Source: an uncultured Dehalococcoidales bacterium (GTDB lineage Bacteria > Chloroflexota > Dehalococcoidia > GIF9 > AB-539-J10). From it: a stretch of 64,000 nucleotides of DNA. Positions 1-9,229 of the stretch are shown in pieces. Where the stretch lies: the NCBI GenBank assembly GCA_964394145.1, contig CAYMVL010000034.1, positions 58,660 through 122,659 on the forward strand, read 5' to 3'. The number at the start of each line of letters is the position of its first letter. Positions within the stretch are counted from its first letter, which is position 1. Both the position numbers and the translations under genes were made by a program. The notes below the pieces were generated by a model, which had not been told where the DNA came from, did no database searches, and worked only from the letters and a program-made list of their open reading frames with translations.

Positions 1-133
1 AACAAGAATATCGGGCTGAGCAAGATGAACAGCGCGGGCGCTGTCGCGACCAGTACGGAGGCCGTCTTTTTTGAACTACTCAAGGTAGGAGAGGGGGAGC
101 GGTTGAAGGAAATCCAGAAGCTGGTCAAATGAC
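1..133 (+). CDS. C-terminal 43 codons of a CDS that starts upstream of the window; product unknown
   Basis: Open frame 1 runs from the window edge to TGA at 131-133. Translation ends ...EAVFFELLKVGEGERLKEIQKLVK*. No recognisable family. Confidence 0.3.
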
Positions 134-318
134 GGCTGCACCTGCTAGCCTTTGAATGATACAAGACTGGAGGCAGAATCGCCATCCGGGCCTCCCGGAA
201 CTTTGTGGTACCAGGCTTGGCATTGAATAGAAGACCTGCAGTCTTTTGAAATAGCTCTTTGTTTCTTGCCTTTGTATTTACCTCGTCCATTAAAGCGTAT
301 ATTTCGTATGCCAAACGC

Positions 319-347
319 TTGACAAACATAGGTGAGCCAACTATATT
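319..347 (+). promoter_or_regulatory. Sigma70-type promoter candidate for the 420..734 gene
   Basis: TTGACA at 319-324, exactly 17 nt spacer, TATATT at 342-347. RBS AAAGGAGGG lies about 8 nt before the ATG at 420. Confidence 0.5.
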
Positions 348-419
348 TGCTGTTAAGCAAGCTATTACAGCCTGAAATAAGTATTTGCGAGATAGACTTT
401 TCAGCAAAGGAGGGCCAAG

Positions 420-734
420 ATGGCAAAGGAAATTTCTATTTACAACCTTGCCGACGGTGTGACTGATGAGCAGTACCGGGAGTATGTCAAAAATGTCAAG
501 GGCCCATTCCTGGAGAGCCTGCCCTCGGTCAGAAAGTTCGAGCTGGTCAGGATAAAGGGAGCTGTGACGGGGGAGTCCCCCTACACTTATGTCGGCATCC
601 TGCACGTGGAAAATCTAGATGAATTCTACGGGAGAGATGTCCCATCCCGGCAATTCCAGGACTTTCAGAAGGAAGTAATGCGGATGATCAGGCAGGAAGA
701 CTATCACATGATGTATGGTAAGGAAATCTATTGA
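420..734 (+). CDS. Small 104-aa protein, probable dimeric alpha/beta-barrel (EthD/Dabb/REDY-like) fold protein
   Basis: ATG with strong RBS. N-terminal pattern IsIYnLadGVTDEQYreYv...P is reminiscent of stress-responsive alpha/beta barrel proteins. Family assignment is tentative. Confidence 0.4.
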   Translation: MAKEISIYNLADGVTDEQYREYVKNVKGPFLESLPSVRKFELVRIKGAVTGESPYTYVGILHVENLDEFYGRDVPSRQFQDFQKEVMRMIRQEDYHMMYGKEIY

Positions 735-839
735 TCAGTAAGAGGCTTCGTATTTTACGGAGGCAAGGCTATAAGGAGTGCTGGGCCTGCGGCTGTTGCA
801 AGCCTGTTTAGCATCCCGGTTGTTGGATCCAAGAGACAA

Positions 840-872
840 GGGGGAGCGGTGACGCTCCCCCTTAATTTCTTC
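840..872 (+). terminator. Intrinsic terminator-like hairpin after the 104-aa gene
   Basis: Perfect 9-bp stem GGGGGAGCG/CGCTCCCCC with GTGA loop, followed by the T-rich run TTAATTTCTT. Confidence 0.45.
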
Positions 873-1178
873 CCGCTAGTCCAGGTTCGAAGCTTGCCGA
901 ACTGTTCTTCTAGAAGAAGCATCTCATTCCATCTCTGCTACAGTTGTTTTTCTCCTATCCTGGGCCACAGCATAAGTCCATTGTGTCCGGTAGCATTCGT
1001 CAAGCAAGAGGAGGCGGTCAAGCAACACGATGTATTAGCATACGGAATAACTAATAAGTGTGGCTTTGGCTACAATAGAAAGAACAGTGTATAGTCTGAC
1101 AGCAAATCTAAGGTAGGAGGAGCCGTCACAGATGCAAGATACTGCAGTTATGAAAGGGAAGCAAGTGTCGGCGGGTAC

Positions 1179-1376
1179 TTGATCGTAGGAATCGACCCAA
1201 ATCAGAAGAAGCATGCTGCGGGTCTGATGACTAGAGATTTGACCAGCGAGGCCAAGTTCAAATTCGGGAATACCCGGGAAGGTCTGGATATGATGCTGGA
1301 CCGAGCGAAAGCGGAGATGGTGAAATCCGGTTGCGGGGGTGTCATGTTCGCCATCGATACAGGTGGTCACTACTAA
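1179..1376 (+). pseudogene. IS110-family transposase N-terminal fragment (DEDD domain remnant, about 65 aa, then stop)
   Basis: Translation MIVGIDPNQKKHAAGLM...GVMFAIDTGGHY* matches the IS110 N-terminal pattern (VGIDvsK..., ...vMEaTGgYe) and stops prematurely. Downstream frames carry only degenerate continuation. Confidence 0.5.
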
Positions 1377-1898
1377 GGGAATGTAGCGCACTGCCTTGGT
1401 GGGTGGAATATTCCGTTCCGTTTCATAAACCAGCATAGCTTAAGGCGGAGGCGTGAGCGGGAGGATCTCAACCGGAGGAAGAATGGCTATCGGGACAGCG
1501 AAGTAGCAGCGCAGCTTTTATATGCTGAGGAGTCTGTTGAGAGTATCATCTCGCAGGGTAATACCCGTTATGGCGGGGGATGGATTTGTGGCTACAATTG
1601 AAGCCTGACGTAAAGGGCGACGCCTGATGCGGTGGAAATTAAAGGCGCTTCATTACGCAGCCGCAACATAGATCGGGATCGATGCTGGCACCCGCTTACT
1701 GTCTTATGCAGTCACATTTCCGGCCGAAAAGCTCGGCTTGATTACGCAGCAGATTCGCATCATGGATGGGATGCTGGTCGAGTTAGTAGATGAAACAGGA
1801 GAGGGGAGATACTTGCGCTCGATACGGGGGCTCAAGTGTATTGCTGTGGCTGGGTTACTGGCGTGACAGCAGATTCTTCGGGAATCTGGCACAAGCTT

Positions 1899-2696
1899 TT
1901 AGCTAGAGACTGTGCCAGGCCTTTGGAGATGCTCTCCCATGTAGTATATGGTCTTTATGCCATTTATAAGCTGGGAGCTGGCTGCCCTCTTGGGGATGAA
2001 TCCATAGGCTCCTAACTGTTCAGCGGCAAGTATGTTCTCCTCATCATCGTATTGTGAAAGCATTAAGACCCTGGTTTGAGGGCATTCCTTGTATATCCGC
2101 TTGGTTGCCTCTAATCCGTCCATCTCCGGCATGACTATGTCCATTATTATCACGTCGGGCAAAATCTGGCGTGCTTTTTCCAGCGCATCTTTCCCATTCA
2201 CAGCTTCACCCACTACTTCGATGTCCTTTTGTAGCGTGAGCACGGCACGAATTCCATCTCTAACCACAGAATGGTCATCTACTATGAGCACTTTTATACG
2301 CTTGGCTGCTCTCTCAAGTACTGTCTGAGTTCGAACCGCTATCGAAGCTGGCTCAACCGGCTTAGCTACGTAGTCTTCAGCTTCCATCACCATAGCTTCG
2401 TCTCTTCTCCATCCCTTAATAAGCTGCTTTTCTGGCGCTGCGTCTATCACCAGGACAGGCAAATCCTTGGTCTTGGGATGCTGCCTGAGCCATTGGTGCA
2501 CAGAGAATGCTTCGCCACGAGGAGTCATGGTTCCCAGAATGATTACATCGGGATCCATAGTCTTGATTCTTTCCTGCACCTCTATTTTGTTGCTGGCAGT
2601 AGCAACCTGATATAGCCTGGCTTCTAATGTCTTTTGCAGAGCCAGCAGAAAATCGGGCTCATCATCCACAATTAGAATCTTTTTGCTGCTTGCCAT
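1899..2696 (-). CDS. Response regulator with two tandem receiver (REC) domains and no output domain
   Basis: Two D-D-...-K receiver signatures: ILIVDDEPDF...DVIILG and KVLIVDDHSVVRDG...DVIIMDIVMPEMDGLEA...LMLSQYDD. No HTH. Confidence 0.8.
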   Translation of the reverse strand: MASSKKILIVDDEPDFLLALQKTLEARLYQVATASNKIEVQERIKTMDPDVIILGTMTPRGEAFSVHQWLRQHPKTKDLPVLVIDAAPEKQLIKGWRRDEAMVMEAEDYVAKPVEPASIAVRTQTVLERAAKRIKVLIVDDHSVVRDGIRAVLTLQKDIEVVGEAVNGKDALEKARQILPDVIIMDIVMPEMDGLEATKRIYKECPQTRVLMLSQYDDEENILAAEQLGAYGFIPKRAASSQLINGIKTIYYMGEHLQRPGTVSS

Positions 2697-2765
2697 TTTA
2701 CGCCTCCCTTCATTATGTTACCTTTGGTTAGCTCGCTCGACCCGCGGCTGATTCTAAATCGAAAT

Positions 2766-3671
2766 TCAGTTACGCATGCTGACCCCCAATCCGGCAGCCT
2801 CCAGAATGTCAGGCACGATAGATTCTCTACCCACAGCCATGATATGAACGCCGTGGCATAGATTCAATTCTCTTATCGTCTTTACCAGCCGCACAGCAAT
2901 TTCGATGCCCTTCTGAAGCCCCTTTCCCTTTTCTGCGCTAGCTAGCTCATCAATTACAGCCTGGGGAACAACTACTCCAGGAACATTATCATTCATATAC
3001 TGAGCCATTCTCACTGAAGCTAAGACTATAATCCCCGCCAGGATCTTGACGTTGAATTGTCTTGAATATTGCATGAACTTGCGCAGGCAGTCTAGGTCAT
3101 ATACGCCCTGAGTCTGGAAAAACTGTGCGCCAGCTTCTACTTTCTTGTCAAACTTGATAAGTTGTGGCTCTATGAAATCCGCTGCGGGGTGAACCGAGGC
3201 ACCGATGCAGAATTTTGGAGCACCTTTTAGCTCATTCCCTCCAATGTCTTTACCCGATTCCATTATTTTGATCATTCTTATTAGCTGCACGGAATCCAGG
3301 TCAAATACTGGTTTCGCTTCCTTGTGGTCTCCCACATCAATAGAATCGCCAGTGAGGCAGAGCACATTAGTGATACCTCTGGAATACGCCAGAAGGAGGT
3401 CGGCCTGCAGTGCCAGGCGATTTCGGTCACGGGTAGTCATCTGAAACACAGGTTCGCCACCATGTTCCTTCACCAATAGACAGCCTCCCAGGGAAGGGAA
3501 CCTCATCACCGAACTTTGATGGTCGGTGATGTTAATAGCGTCAACCTTGTCCTTAAGCAATTCTATGTTATGAACCATCTCCGTTGTGTCTACTCCTTTT
3601 GGAGGTCCGACCTCTGCGGTCACCAAGAAATTACCTGAATCAAGTTTTTCCTCAAATAGCGATTTGGCCAT
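2766..3671 (-). CDS. metF: 5,10-methylenetetrahydrofolate reductase (MetF)
   Basis: 301-aa protein matching the MTHFR TIM-barrel family. 19-nt overlap with the upstream metV-like gene. Confidence 0.85.
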   Translation of the reverse strand: MAKSLFEEKLDSGNFLVTAEVGPPKGVDTTEMVHNIELLKDKVDAINITDHQSSVMRFPSLGGCLLVKEHGGEPVFQMTTRDRNRLALQADLLLAYSRGITNVLCLTGDSIDVGDHKEAKPVFDLDSVQLIRMIKIMESGKDIGGNELKGAPKFCIGASVHPAADFIEPQLIKFDKKVEAGAQFFQTQGVYDLDCLRKFMQYSRQFNVKILAGIIVLASVRMAQYMNDNVPGVVVPQAVIDELASAEKGKGLQKGIEIAVRLVKTIRELNLCHGVHIMAVGRESIVPDILEAAGLGVSMRN

Positions 3672-4347
3672 TACCTTCTCCTAGAATGATATCGGCTTTG
3701 TTCACGATTCTTCTTGGTCTAGGAATGGGGCGAAAATTCTTGGGGGGATAATATCGGCGCATCTTGTCCAACTGGCCTAATCTTTCCAACCTTTTGTAAA
3801 TCAGGATCCAGACACAATCCATGTCCTTATTCACCTCACATTTGCCATTCTTGCTACCGGCGCAGGGCCCGTTGAGTATTCCTTTGGGACATCTGGTAAT
3901 AGGGCAAATGCCACCAGTCTCAGCCAATATGCAATCGCCGCAAGCAGAACATCGCTCATCCCAAACACCCCACTCTTTAGACGCACCCATGAAAGATGTA
4001 TTAACCCCGGGCAGGGCAGGCGTATCCGGGAAACGCTCGGCCAGCATCTGCACTCCAACGCCACAGCCGAGAGAAAGGATGGCATCTACCTCACTGACTT
4101 TGTCCTCCAGCACATCCAGAAATTCAAGATCACACTGCCGTTTGATTGTGTATTCTGAAAAGCTATGGGCTTCACTTACACCTCTAGCCTGGGCAACTCT
4201 GAAGGCCCTGTGAAGCAGCGAGACCTCCCTCTCGCCTCCGGCGTTACAGACTGTCGTGCAGGTGCCACAACCAAGGATAAGCACCTTCTCATAAGGGGCG
4301 ATAAGGTGTAGCATTTCCTGTAAAGGTTTTTGCTGTGCCACTATCAA
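3652..4347 (-). CDS. metV: Methylene-THF reductase small subunit MetV-like (MTHFR C-terminal-domain protein, Cys-rich Fe-S/Zn)
   Basis: 231 aa with CGTCTTVCNAGGE and several further CxxC motifs. Overlaps metF. Confidence 0.7.
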   Translation of the reverse strand: MIVAQQKPLQEMLHLIAPYEKVLILGCGTCTTVCNAGGEREVSLLHRAFRVAQARGVSEAHSFSEYTIKRQCDLEFLDVLEDKVSEVDAILSLGCGVGVQMLAERFPDTPALPGVNTSFMGASKEWGVWDERCSACGDCILAETGGICPITRCPKGILNGPCAGSKNGKCEVNKDMDCVWILIYKRLERLGQLDKMRRYYPPKNFRPIPRPRRIVNKADIILGEGNGQIAI

Positions 4348-6527
4348 GATTTCACCTCCTGACTTATTACTGAGGCCAAATGTAGCTCACCTATTTGTTT
4401 GGTAAATTCGTCCAAGGCATTGGCGAAATCCGGTTCATTGGCATACAGATTGAAAGCTCGCAGCCGTTCAGGCTCAATGCCAATCTGGGCTAATAGCTTC
4501 TTGGCCTTTTCCAGCCGCTGTAGAGCCCAGAAGGCTGTATTCTGCCTGGCACACTGTTCTTCCCCGCAACCGGCAATAAAGACGCCTGCGGCGCCCATCT
4601 CGAAGGCGCGCAATATATGCTCAGTTTCTATCTTAGCAACACACAAGACAGGCACTATCGAGATGCCTAACTTAGGCTCTCTCCACAGGCCGGCCAGCGC
4701 ACCGGTGCCATAGAGCCCGTATTGGCAGCAAAAACCAATAATCAGTGGCTTGACCTTGGTGGACTCTGCAAACTTAAGAAGCTGAGCTAGACCTTCGTCT
4801 ACATGCTGTCTATCTTGTGGCTTGCGCAGGACTATAGCCTTGGCGGGACATTCAGCGGCGCATATGCCGCAAGCCTGGCATTGGTCGGCAGGTATTTGAA
4901 CGGTGCCACTGCCATCCAAGTATGGCACATCATAAGGGCAGATCCGTAAGCAGGTGAGACATGTGGCACACTTATCCGGGAACAGAATCTCGGCGCCCAT
5001 TCCGCACCTCAGACATCTCCTGGCTTCACTGACGGCAACTCCCCAATCATAGACCAGCTCCACCGGTTCAAATTCTCTTGCCCTTTCTTCAGCTGGAAGT
5101 ACGGGAGGCTCGAGGCGGCTGAGCTTCCTTATCGACTCTACAGTCTTAGGTAGAAGGTTACCTACCAGGGTTTCTTTTTCGCCCTTGGCGACTAACGGGT
5201 ACCTGTGTTGTAGATACTCATCAATGCGAAGAGCAGCCTGCTTACCTGTGGCCAGTGCCTGGACCACCGTCGCTGGCCCGGTGACAGCATCGCCTCCGGC
5301 GAAAACGCCCTCCCGATTTGTGGTGAGAGTGACCGGGTCAACTAAAATAGTGCTGCCTCTGCCGATGCGGAGACGGAAATCATCTGGAATTTGAGGAGCT
5401 TGGCCGATAGCTGTAATCAAAGTATCAAAGTCCATGCTGAATTCGCTATCCTTGATGGGCACCGGCCGACGCCGCCCGCTGGGATCTGGCGCGCCGAGCT
5501 CCATGCGCAAGCAGGTCAATTTCAACTTTGCATCGCTGCGTTCTATTTTAGTGGGTGTTACCAGGAATAGAATTTCTACTCCTTCGTCCTGTGCCTGTTC
5601 TACTTCTGATGGACTCGCCGGCATTTCCTCCTGACCGCGGCGGTAGAGCAGCGTTACATCTTCTGCGCCCAGCCTAAGTGCGGTACGCCCGGCATCAATC
5701 GCTACATCGCCTCCGCCTACCACAGCAACCCTATCACCGATATGTGGCTTAAAACCCAGATTTGCCTCACGGAGAAAAGTCGCCCCATCCACCACTCCTG
5801 GATTCTCCTCCCCTTCTATTCCTAACCTGAGACCTTGGTGAGCACCAACGGTTATAAAAGCAGCCTCGTAACCCATTTGGAAAAGCAGGTCCAGGGATAC
5901 TACCGAGGTGCTTGTCTCAATCTTCACCCCCATCTTAATCAACCTGTGGACCTCGGTATCAAGCACTTCTCGGGGAAGACGGTACTTAGGTATGCCTACT
6001 CGCAACATACCCCCCACTTCGGAATGGGCTTCAAAAATTGTCACAGGGTAGCTTAGACTTCTCAGATAGTAGGCAGCAGATAACCCTGCTGGACCGGATC
6101 CCACTATCGCCACTCTGTTCCCGTGCCTGTTCTCGCCTTCAATTTGTATCATTCTATCGCCGCCGAATTCCACTGCGAATCTCTTCAATGCTCTTATTGC
6201 TATCGGCTTATCTACCTGACCACGTCTGCAGGCAGTCTCACAAGGAGCAGTACATACGTGAGCGCAGATTGACGGGAACGGGTTAGTCTCCCTTATGACT
6301 TGTAAAGCCTCCATTATTCTCCCCTGAGCAATCAAGTCAACATATTCTCTAATTTCCATATGCAAAGGGCATGCTGCTTGGCAAGGTGGTATAAGAGTAT
6401 GGTCAAAAGAGCTTTCCCTGGCACCGTTTGGACACATGGACTTTCCCTCTGATTGGATATGGTTTTTGTCTCTTATAGGTATATAGTAATTCGAGTAATG
6501 TGGAACAGTAAGAGGGATCTCCCTCAA
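4344..6527 (-). CDS. Fusion oxidoreductase: GltD/NfnB-like NAD(P)H:FAD oxidoreductase, 2x[4Fe-4S] ferredoxin and MvhD (methyl-viologen-reducing hydrogenase delta subunit) domains
   Basis: N-terminus has the glutamate-synthase small-subunit Cys pattern (CPxxC...CxxxC) and two dinucleotide folds (IVGSGPAGLSAAYYL, AVVGGGDVAIDAG). The middle has CLRCGMG...CATCLTCLRICP...CQACGICAAECP. C-terminus has MvhD-like GFCCQYGLYGTG...GCGEEQC. Confidence 0.8.
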   Translation of the reverse strand: MREIPLTVPHYSNYYIPIRDKNHIQSEGKSMCPNGARESSFDHTLIPPCQAACPLHMEIREYVDLIAQGRIMEALQVIRETNPFPSICAHVCTAPCETACRRGQVDKPIAIRALKRFAVEFGGDRMIQIEGENRHGNRVAIVGSGPAGLSAAYYLRSLSYPVTIFEAHSEVGGMLRVGIPKYRLPREVLDTEVHRLIKMGVKIETSTSVVSLDLLFQMGYEAAFITVGAHQGLRLGIEGEENPGVVDGATFLREANLGFKPHIGDRVAVVGGGDVAIDAGRTALRLGAEDVTLLYRRGQEEMPASPSEVEQAQDEGVEILFLVTPTKIERSDAKLKLTCLRMELGAPDPSGRRRPVPIKDSEFSMDFDTLITAIGQAPQIPDDFRLRIGRGSTILVDPVTLTTNREGVFAGGDAVTGPATVVQALATGKQAALRIDEYLQHRYPLVAKGEKETLVGNLLPKTVESIRKLSRLEPPVLPAEERAREFEPVELVYDWGVAVSEARRCLRCGMGAEILFPDKCATCLTCLRICPYDVPYLDGSGTVQIPADQCQACGICAAECPAKAIVLRKPQDRQHVDEGLAQLLKFAESTKVKPLIIGFCCQYGLYGTGALAGLWREPKLGISIVPVLCVAKIETEHILRAFEMGAAGVFIAGCGEEQCARQNTAFWALQRLEKAKKLLAQIGIEPERLRAFNLYANEPDFANALDEFTKQIGELHLASVISQEVKS

Positions 6528-6619
6528 TATGTATGGTTTTAACGCTTGAATTCTTTGAATTACCCCCCTGTTTTAGGGAGGCGAAAATCCGGAGGATTCG
6601 GCAAATTCGGTTTGCATTA

Positions 6620-7276
6620 TTAGATGGTTATGATGCCTTTGCGTATGGCATATTTGATGAGGTCGGTCTTATTGTGGACATCAAGCTTGGCCATCAAATT
6701 GGTCTTGTGTCCCTCCACAGTCTTGGGACTGAGGACCAGTATGTCCGCTATCTCCTTGGTGGTATATCCTTCAACAAGTAACTTGAGGACCTCCCTTTCT
6801 CTGCCTGTCAGTTGTTCGTATGAGTCATTCCTTCCGCGCATTGGAGCTCCCAATTGATAGTCCTCAATGAAGGCCTTTGCTGCCACGGGGGAAAGAAAAG
6901 AATGCCCCTGGTGAACAGCTCGAATACCTGAGGCAAGCTCGGAAGAAGCTGCAGCTTTGCTGATGAAGCCTTGCGCTCCTGCTTCGATAATGGGGAAAAT
7001 ATATTCCTTTTCAGCATATTGGGTTAGCACCAGCACCTTCGTCCTGGGGAATTCCTTGGCTATTTTCCGCGTCGCCTCTAGGCCATCCATAATAGGCATG
7101 GCTATGTCCATAAGCACCACGTCAGGGGCCAGTTGCCTAACCTTATCCACCGCCTCCTTGCCATTTGCTGCTTCATCAACCACTTCGATATCTGCAGCCA
7201 GAGCTAGCAGAGCGCAGACGCCGTCCCTCACGACGGTGTGGTCATCAACCACCAGTACCCTTATCTTCTGCATCAA
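6620..7276 (-). CDS. NarL/FixJ-family response regulator (REC plus LuxR-type HTH)
   Basis: VLVVDDHTVVRDG receiver. C-terminal LTGREREVLKLLVEGYTTKEIADILVLSPKTVEGHKTNLMAKL LuxR HTH. Overlaps kinase gene by 32 nt. Confidence 0.9.
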   Translation of the reverse strand: MMQKIRVLVVDDHTVVRDGVCALLALAADIEVVDEAANGKEAVDKVRQLAPDVVLMDIAMPIMDGLEATRKIAKEFPRTKVLVLTQYAEKEYIFPIIEAGAQGFISKAAASSELASGIRAVHQGHSFLSPVAAKAFIEDYQLGAPMRGRNDSYEQLTGREREVLKLLVEGYTTKEIADILVLSPKTVEGHKTNLMAKLDVHNKTDLIKYAIRKGIITI

Positions 7277-8873
7277 CTGTGCTCCTGACTATCGGAATCG
7301 TGGCGATAATCTTGGTCCCTTTCCCGGGCTGGGAATCAATAGAACAGATGCCACCTACTAATTTCACACGTTCCTTCATGCCGTATAGGCCAGCACCACG
7401 GCCTCTTCTATCGATGCTCGTGATCTCGCTAACGTCAAATCCCTTGCCATCATCCTCAACGTGTAGGATACATTTATCCGCAGCGCATTCTATTCTAACA
7501 GCGGCATTTCTTGCCTCCGAATGTCTCAGGATGTTGCTCATAGCCTCCTGGGTAATACGGAAAAGCGCCAGCTCACTCTCCGCCGGCAACCGTTGCTCCA
7601 TCTTATGGAACGACGTTGATACATTGATGCCTTGAGAGTCGAGGTCAGCAGCAACGTGGCGAATAGCAGCAGGCAGTCCCAGTGTATCTAGCAAAGTTGG
7701 ACGCAGCTCCCTTATAAGCTTGTTCACCTCGGTGCCTGCATGCACAGCTATGGCCTGGGTCTTTTTCAGTATTTCCTTGATTTCAGCATCCTTGAACTGG
7801 CCCATCTCTATCATTTCGTTAACTGCCTGTAGGTTGAGAGTTAGGGCAGTTAGCTGCTGGCTCGTTTCATCATGTAGGTCTCTGGCGATTCTTTTCCGCT
7901 CCTGTTCCTGAACATTCAGAGCCTGCTGTAGCAGCATCTGATATCTTTGATTCCCCTCGCTCAACTCCGTATTTAGCTTTGCCTGCTCTATAGCAGTGCC
8001 AAGCTGGCAGGCTATAGAGTTGAGTAGGTACATGTCATCGAGGGCGAATTTGCCAGCCGAGTGGCTGGCCACATTCATCACACCTACGACCCTCTCCTTT
8101 GCTTTTAGAGGAACGCTGATGAATCCCTTAAGACCCTCTGCACTTATTAAAGCAGGAAATGCAACATCTGGATTTCTGGAGATATTCTCTAAGAGAGTCG
8201 GCTGGCCCGTTTGGGCCACTTTGCCGGCTATACCCTCACCGGTAGGGACGGATATTTCCGTGGCGTATTTGGCAGAGAGGCCACGGTGTACTTTATAGCA
8301 CCACTTCTGTGTTTTCTCATCAAGGAGCAGTATCCCGCCAACGCTGCCGCCAATAATTTGTAGCACAGTGTCCAGCGCTACGTTCAGTATAGCCTGCAGA
8401 TTATCCAGGCCAGAGACGGCAGATGAGACGCGATTTATAGAGTCGAGGTGATAATGCCGCCTAAGAATCTCTCTTTCCAGCTCTCTTTCTGCGGTAACAT
8501 CCCTTCTCAGTTCGACAACAGCATCGATAATGCCGTGGCTGTCTCTCAGCGGCCACATGCTGATTTTTACGTGCCTATCGCCGTAAGGATGAATTAGCGT
8601 TATTGGACTGCCATTTTGCAGCACCTTGCTCAGAGGGCATTCCCACAGAGGAGGGCCGCATGGTCTATCCCTGCCCTGCAATACATCATAACAGAGCTTA
8701 TCAACAGGTGACTCAGTGTTGTCACATGAGTGGCATATAGCCGAGTTAACAAATCTTACCCGGTATTCGGTATCGATAATTATGAGCTTGTCTTCCAGCC
8801 TATCCGCAACGGGCTCCAGACTTTGAATGAAGTCCGTATGCTGAGAGGTTCTGCGACTTGCCCGCTCTCTCAT
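7245..8873 (-). CDS. Soluble sensor histidine kinase: Cys-rich PAS, GAF, HisKA_3 and HATPase_c domains
   Basis: No hydrophobic segments. PAS region contains CHSCDN...C...C...CP. GAF block follows (GSVGGILLLDEKTQKW...). H-box is RIARDLHDETSQQLTAL (NarX-type). ATPase block HVEDDGKGFD. Confidence 0.85.
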   Translation of the reverse strand: MRERASRRTSQHTDFIQSLEPVADRLEDKLIIIDTEYRVRFVNSAICHSCDNTESPVDKLCYDVLQGRDRPCGPPLWECPLSKVLQNGSPITLIHPYGDRHVKISMWPLRDSHGIIDAVVELRRDVTAERELEREILRRHYHLDSINRVSSAVSGLDNLQAILNVALDTVLQIIGGSVGGILLLDEKTQKWCYKVHRGLSAKYATEISVPTGEGIAGKVAQTGQPTLLENISRNPDVAFPALISAEGLKGFISVPLKAKERVVGVMNVASHSAGKFALDDMYLLNSIACQLGTAIEQAKLNTELSEGNQRYQMLLQQALNVQEQERKRIARDLHDETSQQLTALTLNLQAVNEMIEMGQFKDAEIKEILKKTQAIAVHAGTEVNKLIRELRPTLLDTLGLPAAIRHVAADLDSQGINVSTSFHKMEQRLPAESELALFRITQEAMSNILRHSEARNAAVRIECAADKCILHVEDDGKGFDVSEITSIDRRGRGAGLYGMKERVKLVGGICSIDSQPGKGTKIIATIPIVRSTVDAEDKGTGG

Positions 8874-9229
8874 TTTCTATGTTTGGGATATAATTTCCTA
8901 TCGCGCTGCCTGATTCCTTCTCCTTCTATAATAGCCTGTATTTCCCAGTCATTCAAATCCAGTGTGGCTTACGGTTCAATCCCGTGTTCGGGCAATGCTT
9001 TGGCTCGAGATTTTCTTTTGTGGCATGTGCCGGTGCAGATGCGTATAAGCTGATTTACTTCTCAGGACAGCCTGAGGCCTTGCGAAGCACGCTGTCCTGC
9101 ATATGCTGGCAGCTGATTGGGCCAGGCTATTGCTGCCTGGCTAATTTAGCTTTCCTTTTGTGGAAGTAGCGGTATGTGATAATATAGTTCGCCTGTGCTA
9201 TCAATGAAACATATCGAGGCAGCCTGCTT

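Noticed and set aside
145-426. 93-aa minus-strand ORF in the promoter region of the 420..734 gene
   Set aside because: The product is low-complexity with no RBS, and it overlaps a strong + strand promoter. It is probably spurious.
2089-6286. Many 60-130-aa ORFs antisense to metF, metV and the fusion oxidoreductase (e.g. 2271..2615, 3821..4213, 4399..4713, 5185..5394)
   Set aside because: They are fully embedded opposite strong, motif-rich genes. Their composition (Ser/Arg/Leu-rich) is typical of antisense frames.
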